From Nanobdellota archaeon (GTDB lineage Archaea; Aenigmatarchaeota; Aenigmatarchaeia; Aenigmatarchaeales; Aenigmatarchaeaceae), in assembly GCA_018901655.1 (NCBI GenBank), contig JAHIEG010000013.1:1-54865 (forward strand): a DNA stretch of 54,865 bases. The letters are read 5' to 3'. The notes beneath the pieces are model-generated. The model saw only the letters and a program-made list of their open reading frames with translations, was not told the DNA's origin and did no database searches. Below are positions 19,162 through 26,798 of this stretch, in pieces; the stretch's first letter is position 1, and every line of letters begins with the position of its first letter. The translations under genes and the position numbers were made by a program.

Positions 19162-19776
19162 TTATTTTTCTTCAGAAAACTGAACTACATCATCTGTAGT
19201 TAATTGATCTTCTACCGTAGAAGCTTCTTCACATTCAGGTGCTTCTTCTTCGATATATACTACTACAGGTGCTACCGAAGTTATATCTTCTGGCAATTCC
19301 TCTGAATGTTCGATACTATATCTTCCTCTATTTTTACCACTAGGATTTTTTAATGCTACAATCTCACATATTTCATCTTCATTTAAAAAGTGCCCTACAT
19401 GATTTCCCTGACTGTAGTTTTCATAATCAGTTCTCTCTTTAGGTTTTAATGAACTTAAATATATATTTTCTCGATTAACAATTGTAGAACCGGCAGTTAA
19501 TAATGCTAATCTAATTTTACGATGTTCTAAGCCAATATCAACAATTACATCCATCTTATGATATCCAACTTCTCCTGTTTTGCCAGGATTATCATTTACA
19601 GTTTGAATCAATTCAATAAGAAGATTTCTAGTTAGTGGCTGATCTCTCTTATCCAATATATCCAAAATATATCCATATTCTTTTTCTGCAATATTTGAAG
19701 GGGTTTTTCTAAGTTCAGTATACATTGACATTAAAGGATCGTTATTCATTTTATCACCATAAGCTTTGTATGACAT
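19162..19776 (-). CDS. hypothetical protein
   Basis: 204-aa ORF with acidic tail (start may be 19749). Confidence 0.6.
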   Translation of the reverse strand: MSYKAYGDKMNNDPLMSMYTELRKTPSNIAEKEYGYILDILDKRDQPLTRNLLIELIQTVNDNPGKTGEVGYHKMDVIVDIGLEHRKIRLALLTAGSTIVNRENIYLSSLKPKERTDYENYSQGNHVGHFLNEDEICEIVALKNPSGKNRGRYSIEHSEELPEDITSVAPVVVYIEEEAPECEEASTVEDQLTTDDVVQFSEEK

Positions 19777-19788
19777 ATGAACTTTATA

Positions 19789-19803
19789 TACTTAACGGTA
19801 GTA
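19789..19803. promoter_or_regulatory. TACT-N7-AGTA palindrome, putative operator
   Basis: TACT-taacggt-AGTA just upstream of the 19776 start. Confidence 0.45.
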
Positions 19804-19904
19804 GTAAATATTTAACTAAATATGATTAGATACTAAACCAAAACACATTTAAGGAACATATACCATTAATAATTCTTAAGTGAAAACAATATGAGGCAGA
19901 TTAT

Positions 19905-20147
19905 ATGTTTGAAGATATCGCAGAACTTATTAAACAGGTTTCAGAAGACAAATCTGTACCTAGAAATATTAGAGAAAAATGCCTTGAATCTATTAGAATT
20001 CTAAACGATCAAAAAGATCCAGTAGATATTAGAATAAATGCTGTTATTAGCTATTTAGATGAGATATCAAATGATCCAAATATACCAATGTACACAAGAA
20101 CACAGGTTTGGAACATAGTATCCCTATTAGAAAGTAAGCAAAAATAA
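19905..20147 (+). CDS. UPF0147 family protein
   Basis: DKSVPRNIR, LDEISNDPNIPMYTRTQVW. Confidence 0.93.
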   Translation: MFEDIAELIKQVSEDKSVPRNIREKCLESIRILNDQKDPVDIRINAVISYLDEISNDPNIPMYTRTQVWNIVSLLESKQK

Positions 20148-20190
20148 TTATATATACAAGAGAAACATAATAATAGTTGGAGGGTTTAAA

Positions 20191-20514
20191 ATGTTTGATA
20201 AATTATTTGGGAAAAAACTTGACGAAGGAGAATATATTGAACTTGATACAAGTGAAGAATTATTAGGAAATAAGATACAAATCAAGGTTGATAAAATAGA
20301 AGACTTCATTGATACAGACAAGGTCCAGAAAGCAGTTAGAGCAGGCGCAATAGTATTAGTTAAGATCAAAACTATTAGAGAAAGAGACTTAACAGAACTA
20401 AAAAGAGCTATTGACAAACTTAGAAAAACTGTAGTTGCAATGAATGGAAACATTGTTGGAATTGATGAAGATTATATATTACTGACACCACCTGGCGCAA
20501 CAATTTTAAGATAA
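20191..20514 (+). CDS. sepF: archaeal cell division protein SepF
   Basis: EYIELD, ELKRAIDKL, GNIVGIDEDYILLTP. Confidence 0.88.
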   Translation: MFDKLFGKKLDEGEYIELDTSEELLGNKIQIKVDKIEDFIDTDKVQKAVRAGAIVLVKIKTIRERDLTELKRAIDKLRKTVVAMNGNIVGIDEDYILLTPPGATILR

Positions 20515-20519
20515 ACTAG

Positions 20520-20834
20520 TTATTTTATTTTTGATCCATTTTTAACTGGTTTATCAACTGTCAGTAAAACTGGTTCTCCATCTGTCGCAGCTAAAAGCAT
20601 ACCATTACTTTCAACTCCTCTTATTTTTGCAGGTTCTAAATTATTAACAACAATTATTTGCTTTCCAATCAGTTCTTCAGGAGAATAAGCTGTTTTGATT
20701 CCAGCTACTATTGTCTTTTCTTCTCCAACATCTATTGTTAACTCTAAAAGCTTATCTGCTCCTTCAACTTCTTTTGCTTCTTTTATCTCTGCTACTCTTA
20801 GATCAAGTTTTGAGAACTCAACATATGTTATCAT
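20520..20834 (-). CDS. stand-alone tRNA-binding OB protein (MetRS C-terminal/Trbp111-like)
   Basis: FSKLDLRVAEI, GADKLL, NLEPAKIRGVESNGMLLAA; start reassigned to 20834. Confidence 0.92.
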   Translation of the reverse strand: MITYVEFSKLDLRVAEIKEAKEVEGADKLLELTIDVGEEKTIVAGIKTAYSPEELIGKQIIVVNNLEPAKIRGVESNGMLLAATDGEPVLLTVDKPVKNGSKIK

Positions 20835-21046
20835 TCTTTCACCTCTTTCAATGCTTTCTCTATAGTAACTATCTGTATTCCACTGAGATCGTCTGAGTCG
20901 TCTATAGCTTCTGACATAATTATGTCTGTCATTCTTTCTCTTCCCAAGTCTTTCCAATCAGGCTTCATAAACATTATCGACATAAACCTATCAAACTCTT
21001 CTTCTGATAATGATTCAATCTTTCTTCGTATCTCTTCTTTATTCAT
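20831..21046 (-). CDS. small acidic hypothetical protein
   Basis: 71 aa, GAGGTG SD, ATGA overlap with the next gene. Confidence 0.65.
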   Translation of the reverse strand: MNKEEIRRKIESLSEEEFDRFMSIMFMKPDWKDLGRERMTDIIMSEAIDDSDDLSGIQIVTIEKALKEVKE

Positions 21047-21048
21047 TT

Positions 21049-22548
21049 TTACACCTCTATTTTTTTGAAAAGAACTTCACCTTTAATTATTTTTCCTTCA
21101 AGTTTACCCCATTCTAAATCTTTCCAAACCGGAGCTTCTGTTAAACCAAGTTGTTCTCTTATTCTATCACATGTATCTGGAACAAATGGATGAAGTAAAA
21201 TAGATGAAAGTCTTATTCCTTCCAATAGTTCATACATTATCTTTCCAAGTTCATCCTTATCTTTAATCTTCCAAGGCTCTTTATCATTTACATATTTGTT
21301 AAGCTCATAAACGAATTTCATAATTTCTTCAACTGCATGATGTAGTTTAAATTCATTAATTAAATTTTCAACTTTTGTTGGAACATCTTTAAACTTCTCT
21401 TTAATCTCACCATCATATTTAGGAGGAACTTTTCCATCAAAATTCTTTTCAGTCAGAGTTAAAACTCGATTAACAAGATTACCTAATCCGTTTGCTAAAT
21501 CACTATTTGTTTTTGATATAAGTTCTGCATTACTATAATCTGCATCATCATCTGAAGTTATTCCGGCCAATAAATAATATCTTACAGCTTCTGGTCCATA
21601 CTTCTGTATCTGAGTCAAAGGATCAATAACATTTCCAGTACTTTTTGACATCTTCTTTCCTCTCGATGAAAGAAAACCATGAACTAGTAATTGTTTTGGA
21701 AGTGGTAGTCCTACAGATAACAACATTGCTGGCCAAAAAACTGCATGAAATCTTATAATATCTTTACCAACCAAATGAACATCAGCTGGCCAATATTTAT
21801 TAAATTTCTCTTTATCAGTTGTATAACCGATACCTGAAAGATAATTAGTTAGAGCATCACACCAAACATACATTGTATGTGTTTCATCCCCCGGAACCGG
21901 TATTCCCCACGATAATTTTTCTTTAGATCTTGAGAAACTTACATCTTCTAAACCAGTTTTTATAAAATTCAATATTTCATTTTTCTTAGAAGTTGGTATT
22001 ATCTTATATTCATCAGATTCAATTAATTTAATTAATTGGTTTTGATATTTTGAAAGTTTGAAAAAGTAATTTTCTTCATGAAGTATCTCTGGCTCTTTAT
22101 TATGTAGCTTACATTTTCCTTGAAATAAATCTGAATCTTTTACAAAAGCTTCACAACCAGTACAATATTTTCCTTCATATTCTTTTTTATAAATATCTCC
22201 TGATTTGACTAACTTAGTCCATATATCTTGTGCTGTTGGCCAGTGTCTTTCTTTATCTGTAGTTCTAATATAATCAGTGTTAGAAACCTTAAACAGTTTC
22301 AATATCTCTTTAATATATCCTGTATTTATGTTAACAAATGCTTGCGGAGTTTTATCAGCTTCTTTAGCTGCTCTAAAATTTTTAATTCCATGTTCATCTG
22401 AACCTGTTAAGAAAAACACATCATCTCCTTTTAATCGATGAAATCTAGCTATAGCATCAGCTTGTATTTCCTCTAAAGCATGCCCTATGTGAGGAGGCCC
22501 ATTAGTATAAATTATACTAGTTGTAATATAAAACTTATTTTTTATCAT
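21049..22548 (-). CDS. metG: methionyl-tRNA synthetase (short, single-knuckle form)
   Basis: YTNGPPHIGH, TGSDEHG, YVWCDALTNY, GKDIIRFH, KMSKS; ATG at 22548. Confidence 0.97.
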   Translation of the reverse strand: MIKNKFYITTSIIYTNGPPHIGHALEEIQADAIARFHRLKGDDVFFLTGSDEHGIKNFRAAKEADKTPQAFVNINTGYIKEILKLFKVSNTDYIRTTDKERHWPTAQDIWTKLVKSGDIYKKEYEGKYCTGCEAFVKDSDLFQGKCKLHNKEPEILHEENYFFKLSKYQNQLIKLIESDEYKIIPTSKKNEILNFIKTGLEDVSFSRSKEKLSWGIPVPGDETHTMYVWCDALTNYLSGIGYTTDKEKFNKYWPADVHLVGKDIIRFHAVFWPAMLLSVGLPLPKQLLVHGFLSSRGKKMSKSTGNVIDPLTQIQKYGPEAVRYYLLAGITSDDDADYSNAELISKTNSDLANGLGNLVNRVLTLTEKNFDGKVPPKYDGEIKEKFKDVPTKVENLINEFKLHHAVEEIMKFVYELNKYVNDKEPWKIKDKDELGKIMYELLEGIRLSSILLHPFVPDTCDRIREQLGLTEAPVWKDLEWGKLEGKIIKGEVLFKKIEV

Positions 22549-23648
22549 TTTATGCACCATATTTAAGATTTCTTTCTATAACATTTAGCCTTGCTAAATC
22601 CATATCGTTTCTTCTCTTTTTATGTTTTAGGTATGGTTCTAATGAATCAAATAGCCTTAATAAATATGATTTGTTGCCAGTATAAACGCCCCAGCAATCT
22701 TGATTCTGATTTCTAATACCACTTCTACTTTCCAATCCAAAATTTGTTTTTATTCCCAATATATTTAGTTTATTATGAATTTGATAAAGTATCTTTTTAT
22801 CATAGGATCTTAAACGAAATTTGGCCATATTACTATAAATTCCGATATTGCCTTCGGCATCCGTGTATCCTGCTAAAAATGAAAAGAAATATTTTTCATT
22901 ACCCAATATCCAATTATAAATATAATTTTCTTTTGGTAATAGGAAAGAAAAAGAGTTATTCATTTGACATTGAGTATAAAATACACTATTATGCTTTTTT
23001 GTATAAAAATGTCCGTATTTTTTGAAAAGGCTTCGAATTAATTCAACCTGTTCAGTTTTGGTGGTATTTGTTTTAAGTATAATTATTGAACCAATTCTTT
23101 TGGCGTGTAAATCACCTATTCTGAAACCAATTAAATATGCTTTTTCTTCCAAATCCCCAGAAAAATCTTTTTTAAGATATTTTGTACATGCTTCTGAAGT
23201 AGTACGTAATTTTATATTATGTAATTTCATATTTTTGAAAATTGTTGCTATAGAACAATTGAACTTTTTTGCTATTTTTGATAACGGGAGTCTTCTTTTA
23301 CTATATAAATATATTAATTCGCCTTTCAATATTTCAATTTTCTCCAATCGTCGTGTCTTTATTTTGGATTCTTCCAATTTTCTACCAATCGTAGAATTTC
23401 GACAATTATATAATTTAGCTATTTTGTAGGTAGAAAGTTTCTTTTTCAAATATAGATTTACTAATTCTTTCTTAGAAATAGAAATTCTTTTTTTTGGTAT
23501 TCTTCTTGGAATATCATATTCTTTTAGTCTGTTTTGGATAACTGTTGGATCACAAGCATATTCTTTTGCAATTTTATATGTGGATAATATTTTATTTACA
23601 TACATTTTTTCTAATTCTTTTTTTGGTATATTAATTTTCTTAATCTTA
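22498..23648 (-). mobile_element. putative homing element: endonuclease gene plus recoded metG 5' end (boundaries approximate)
   Basis: Two versions of the MetRS N-terminus flank the endonuclease (KFYISTAIIYTNG upstream, KFYITTSIIYTNG downstream). Confidence 0.7.
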
Positions 23649-23656
23649 ATCACCAT
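22550..23656 (-). CDS. free-standing LAGLIDADG homing endonuclease with 3 N-terminal HTH repeats
   Basis: AYLIGFRIGDL and FLAGYTDAEG motifs; three ~50-aa repeats EL..LY....LS..IAK.YNC. Confidence 0.9.
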   Translation of the reverse strand: MVIKIKKINIPKKELEKMYVNKILSTYKIAKEYACDPTVIQNRLKEYDIPRRIPKKRISISKKELVNLYLKKKLSTYKIAKLYNCRNSTIGRKLEESKIKTRRLEKIEILKGELIYLYSKRRLPLSKIAKKFNCSIATIFKNMKLHNIKLRTTSEACTKYLKKDFSGDLEEKAYLIGFRIGDLHAKRIGSIIILKTNTTKTEQVELIRSLFKKYGHFYTKKHNSVFYTQCQMNNSFSFLLPKENYIYNWILGNEKYFFSFLAGYTDAEGNIGIYSNMAKFRLRSYDKKILYQIHNKLNILGIKTNFGLESRSGIRNQNQDCWGVYTGNKSYLLRLFDSLEPYLKHKKRRNDMDLARLNVIERNLKYGA

Positions 23657-23705
23657 TTGTATAAATTATTGCTGTACTTATGTAAAATTTAATTTTAATC
23701 ACCAT
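23646..23705 (-). pseudogene. stranded metG 5' fragment (MVIKIKFYISTAIIYTNGD*)
   Basis: 10/13 aa identical to the MetRS N-terminus; ends just before the HIGH motif. Confidence 0.85.
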
Positions 23706-23820
23706 CGCATCCAACTGCTTCAAGATATTTATCTATATCAAAAGGAGACCAATCTTTGCATACTTGTTTAACCTTTTTACAAACCTTGATCTTAATACAA
23801 TTATTGCAGGTCTTCTTCAT
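23695..23820 (-). CDS. small Cys-rich protein (41 aa), not in ORF track
   Basis: MKKTCNNCIKIKVCKKVKQVCKDWSPF...; TATA-like TTTATAAA upstream. Confidence 0.55.
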   Translation of the reverse strand: MKKTCNNCIKIKVCKKVKQVCKDWSPFDIDKYLEAVGCDGD

Positions 23821-23880
23821 AACTCTTGATTATATTGTAAGTTTATAAATTTCACGCGACCCAAACCTTTAAATAGTATT

Positions 23881-23922
23881 ATGAATATATATTCATTATA
23901 GGATACCGAATATGTATTCATA
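23881..23922. promoter_or_regulatory. tandem palindromic operators upstream of the DUF5320-DUF134 operon
   Basis: Perfect 16-bp ATGAATATATATTCAT (23881-23896) plus near copy GAATATGTATTC, directly after TTTAAATA. Confidence 0.6.
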
Positions 23923-23938
23923 ACCGAGGTGAAATAAA

Positions 23939-24025
23939 ATGCCAGATAAAGATGGAACAGGCCCAAGATCAAGAAGCCCAAGACCAAAAGGAAAAAAGAA
24001 AGGAATGAAAAAGGGAAACTGTTAA
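23939..24025 (+). CDS. DUF5320-like micropeptide (28 aa)
   Basis: MPDKDGTGP...GNC; GAGGTGA SD; shares its N-terminal motif with the next gene. Confidence 0.65.
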   Translation: MPDKDGTGPRSRSPRPKGKKKGMKKGNC

Positions 24026-24057
24026 ATTAAAAATATTAAAATATGGAGGTGAAAACA

Positions 24058-24261
24058 ATGCCAGGAAGAGATCAAACAGGTCCTAATGGAATGGGAAGAA
24101 TGGGTGAAAGAGGGATGGGACCATGTGGTAAAGGAATGATGTATGGAAGGGGATTTGGTAGAGGATGTGGATTCAGACAAACTATAACAAAGGAAGAAGA
24201 AATTGAAATACTAAAACAAGAAAAAGAATCAATTAATAAAAAATTAGAAGAATTGGAATAA
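24058..24261 (+). CDS. DUF5320 family Gly/Arg-rich protein
   Basis: MPGRDQTGP.G.G...GRG.G..C, C-terminal coiled coil. Confidence 0.85.
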   Translation: MPGRDQTGPNGMGRMGERGMGPCGKGMMYGRGFGRGCGFRQTITKEEEIEILKQEKESINKKLEELE

Positions 24262-24290
24262 ATATATATTCAAAACGACAAGTATTATCT

Positions 24291-24566
24291 ATGCCAAGAC
24301 CAAGGAAAGGAAGAAATATTCGCTTTAGAGCAAAAAGCAATTACTACAAACCAGCTGGAATCCCAATTCGAGAACTAGAAGAAATTGTGATGAGCAAAGA
24401 AGAAATGGAAGCGCTTAGACTAAAAAATTCAGAAGATTTAGATCAAGGAGAAGCTTCAAAAAAAATGAATATCTCTCAACCAACATTCCATAGAACACTT
24501 ACGGGTGCCTATAAAAAAATAACTGAAGCTCTTGTAAAAGGTAAAGCAATAAGGATTGAGGATTAA
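24291..24566 (+). CDS. DUF134 family HTH DNA-binding protein
   Basis: MPRPRK, KPAGIP, EALRL, MNISQPTF, ALVKGKAIRIE. Confidence 0.93.
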   Translation: MPRPRKGRNIRFRAKSNYYKPAGIPIRELEEIVMSKEEMEALRLKNSEDLDQGEASKKMNISQPTFHRTLTGAYKKITEALVKGKAIRIED

Positions 24567-24567
24567 T

Positions 24568-24981
24568 ATGCAAAAATACACCCATCTCTTGTTTGCCTTA
24601 TTATTTTTCTTACTCCTAAATCAATATTTTCGTTTCCCATTATACTTAGCAGTATTTGCTTTTATAGGAGCAACAGTACCTGATATAGATCTTAAAATAA
24701 AAAGCCTACACAGAAAGCTCCTGCATAACATATGGACTCCGATAATCATATCGTTTATATTATTACAACTTAATCTAATCGATCAGATGATAGCAATAAT
24801 ATTTTCTATAGGATTTTTAAGCCACCTTCTTTCTGATTCGCTCACCCACATGGGAATAATGCCACTTTGGCCAATAACCAAACCAAAATTTAATGGACCA
24901 TTTAGAACAGGTGGACTTGGAGAATTTGGAATACTAGCTGGAATGTTAATAATCCTTTTCTTTATAATTGGAATAATCTAA
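24568..24981 (+). CDS. membrane-bound metal-dependent hydrolase (YdjM/DUF457-like)
   Basis: TH, PDID, HRKLLHN, SHLLSD motifs. Confidence 0.88.
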   Translation: MQKYTHLLFALLFFLLLNQYFRFPLYLAVFAFIGATVPDIDLKIKSLHRKLLHNIWTPIIISFILLQLNLIDQMIAIIFSIGFLSHLLSDSLTHMGIMPLWPITKPKFNGPFRTGGLGEFGILAGMLIILFFIIGII

Positions 24982-25142
24982 AATAACCAACCAAAATAGT
25001 ATAGAAGTGCTAATGCTACTCCAACTAAAATTGCTACTCCAACTAATCTTTTAATGATTTTAAAACCAAGATAGATAAGAATTATTACTAACACTATACT
25101 TGCTATTTGCTTGTATAATAGTGGCAAAGTTTCAAAGACCAT
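24978..25142 (-). CDS. small 2-TM membrane protein (54 aa)
   Basis: MVFETLPLLYKQIASIVLVIILIYLGFKII...; AGGAG SD. Confidence 0.6.
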   Translation of the reverse strand: MVFETLPLLYKQIASIVLVIILIYLGFKIIKRLVGVAILVGVALALLYYFGWLF

Positions 25143-25204
25143 ATCTAATTATACTCCTTCTTAGAATAAAAAGCTTTTTAAAGATTGAAATACATCAAAG
25201 CAGT

Positions 25205-25492
25205 ATGAAAATAAGCGAAACACAAGTGAATGCAAACGCAGACATTGTAGGAAACATAAAAGCAATAGAAGACTTGAAACAAGTTACAACAAAATTTGGA
25301 ACACAAGTATCTCTAACTGTTGCTATTCTAGAAGATGATAGTGGTACAATCAAATTAAATCTTTGGGGATCACAATCAGAAGGAATAGAAGAAGGTAAAA
25401 CAGTAGAAATAAAAAATGGTTTTGTTAAAGAATTCAAAGGAGAAAAACAAATAAGCGTCGGAAAAATGGGTTCTGTTAAGGTTGTAGAATAG
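25205..25492 (+). CDS. single-OB-fold ssDNA-binding protein (SSB/RPA-like)
   Basis: LEDDSGTIKLNLWG, IKNGFVKEFKGEKQISVG. Confidence 0.88.
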   Translation: MKISETQVNANADIVGNIKAIEDLKQVTTKFGTQVSLTVAILEDDSGTIKLNLWGSQSEGIEEGKTVEIKNGFVKEFKGEKQISVGKMGSVKVVE

Positions 25493-25592
25493 ATATAACC
25501 AAACTTCCTAAACATTTTTAATATTTCTTTAGCCTCAGCTAAATTGGTTTTTTCATTCTTAGGACAGTATATTCTATTCATTTCAAAGTAGT

Positions 25593-25640
25593 AACTAATC
25601 GATAGTTTTATATAGTTCTAATGTTAACTACTATTAAGTG
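25593..25640. promoter_or_regulatory. two ACT-N7-AGT palindromes flanking the TATA box
   Basis: AACT-aatcgat-AGTT (25593-25607) and AACT-actatta-AGTG (25626-25640). Confidence 0.45.
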
Positions 25641-25647
25641 ATTAACT

Positions 25648-25965
25648 ATGAATAACGCATACGATCAATTGACTATAAAACCAGAAGATTTTGCTGTTGA
25701 AGCAACAAGAGATCTTTGTAGTCAAACTCAGAATCAAAATGTATATTCTGTATCTTTAAACATTGATGATTACGAAGCAAAAGCACAAAGAGAATTTGAT
25801 AAAATTTTAGTTAAATCAGAAAAAGCACGTGTACAAAATTTATTATTAAAACAAGGCGAGGAATACATAGATTCGATAATAAGAGCTGCAAGTAACTATG
25901 TATTAAATCTTGAATTAGAAGATACTGAAGATGCATTGCTGACAGAAATAATATCTAAAATATAA
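25648..25965 (+). CDS. hypothetical protein
   Basis: 105-aa ORF after a TATA box. Confidence 0.65.
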   Translation: MNNAYDQLTIKPEDFAVEATRDLCSQTQNQNVYSVSLNIDDYEAKAQREFDKILVKSEKARVQNLLLKQGEEYIDSIIRAASNYVLNLELEDTEDALLTEIISKI

Positions 25966-25982
25966 ATAATGAGGTGAAAAAA

Positions 25983-26294
25983 ATGACATCATTCCAATAC
26001 GAAACGAACAAAATTGTTAAAGCACATAGAGAATATGGAGAAAAGCAATCTCAACCAGTTGCACCAGTAGCACCACACGCAGCTAATACAAATTATCCGG
26101 AAGAAGGAATTCCAGAATATGCACAAAACTTTTTGGAGACTTTAGATAACCAACCGGCAATTCCATCTGGTAAAACATGGGGAGATGTTTTTTATGAAAC
26201 ACCAGAAGATATCGCAAATGACATTTTAACTGAAATTGAAGCTAAAGAAATTGGAGAAAACGTATATTCAGAAGTTCAAAAAGCATATTCTTAG
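25983..26294 (+). CDS. hypothetical protein
   Basis: GAGGTGA SD, ATG at 25983. Confidence 0.65.
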   Translation: MTSFQYETNKIVKAHREYGEKQSQPVAPVAPHAANTNYPEEGIPEYAQNFLETLDNQPAIPSGKTWGDVFYETPEDIANDILTEIEAKEIGENVYSEVQKAYS

Positions 26295-26414
26295 GTAGCA
26301 TTATTTTTTATGCCACAAATGCTTCTTTTCAAATATACGTCAAAAGACGATAGTTTTAAATACTTGTTATAGACAACTATTAAATTCACAATAACATAAA
26401 AAACGGTGAAAAAA

Positions 26415-26522
26415 ATGATAGAATATAATAATAAAGAAACAACAGCAAAAAGATTAGAGAAAGCATTAGAACAGTTTCAGACTTATGAAAAAGCTGATCA
26501 GTATCTAATTAGAAATATTTAG
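26415..26522 (+). CDS. small hypothetical protein (35 aa)
   Basis: GGTGA SD, operonic with the next ORF. Confidence 0.45.
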   Translation: MIEYNNKETTAKRLEKALEQFQTYEKADQYLIRNI

Positions 26523-26531
26523 GTGAAAAAA

Positions 26532-26798
26532 ATGGGATATAATAACATGAACGATGTACCAAAAGAAGAATTACACGACTTTAAGTATAAAGATAATGTG
26601 TATGCTCTTTTAGATGAAATTATAAGCACTACTAGTGCGGTTAATAAGTTATCTGAAAATAAAAACAGAACAATTCAAGACAGAATATACAGAGGAGAAT
26701 TTTTTCCAGAAAGACTGAATGATACTCCGATGGCAACAGCAGAAAAAGAAAAAATTAATAGAATAATTAGAAATATTTCAAAAATCGAAAAATATTAA
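26532..26798 (+). CDS. hypothetical protein
   Basis: AGGTGA SD, ATG at 26532. Confidence 0.6.
   Translation: MGYNNMNDVPKEELHDFKYKDNVYALLDEIISTTSAVNKLSENKNRTIQDRIYRGEFFPERLNDTPMATAEKEKINRIIRNISKIEKY

Noticed and set aside
20835-20957. Arg-rich N-terminal extension of the tRNA-binding protein
   Set aside because: It overlaps the 71-aa ORF in another frame; the SD and ATG at 20834 fit the family start
22550-23656. Group I or BHB intron interrupting metG
   Set aside because: The endonuclease ORF abuts both flanks, leaving no room for a ribozyme core; I saw no BHB at the junctions; and downstream metG has its own ATG and complete N-terminus
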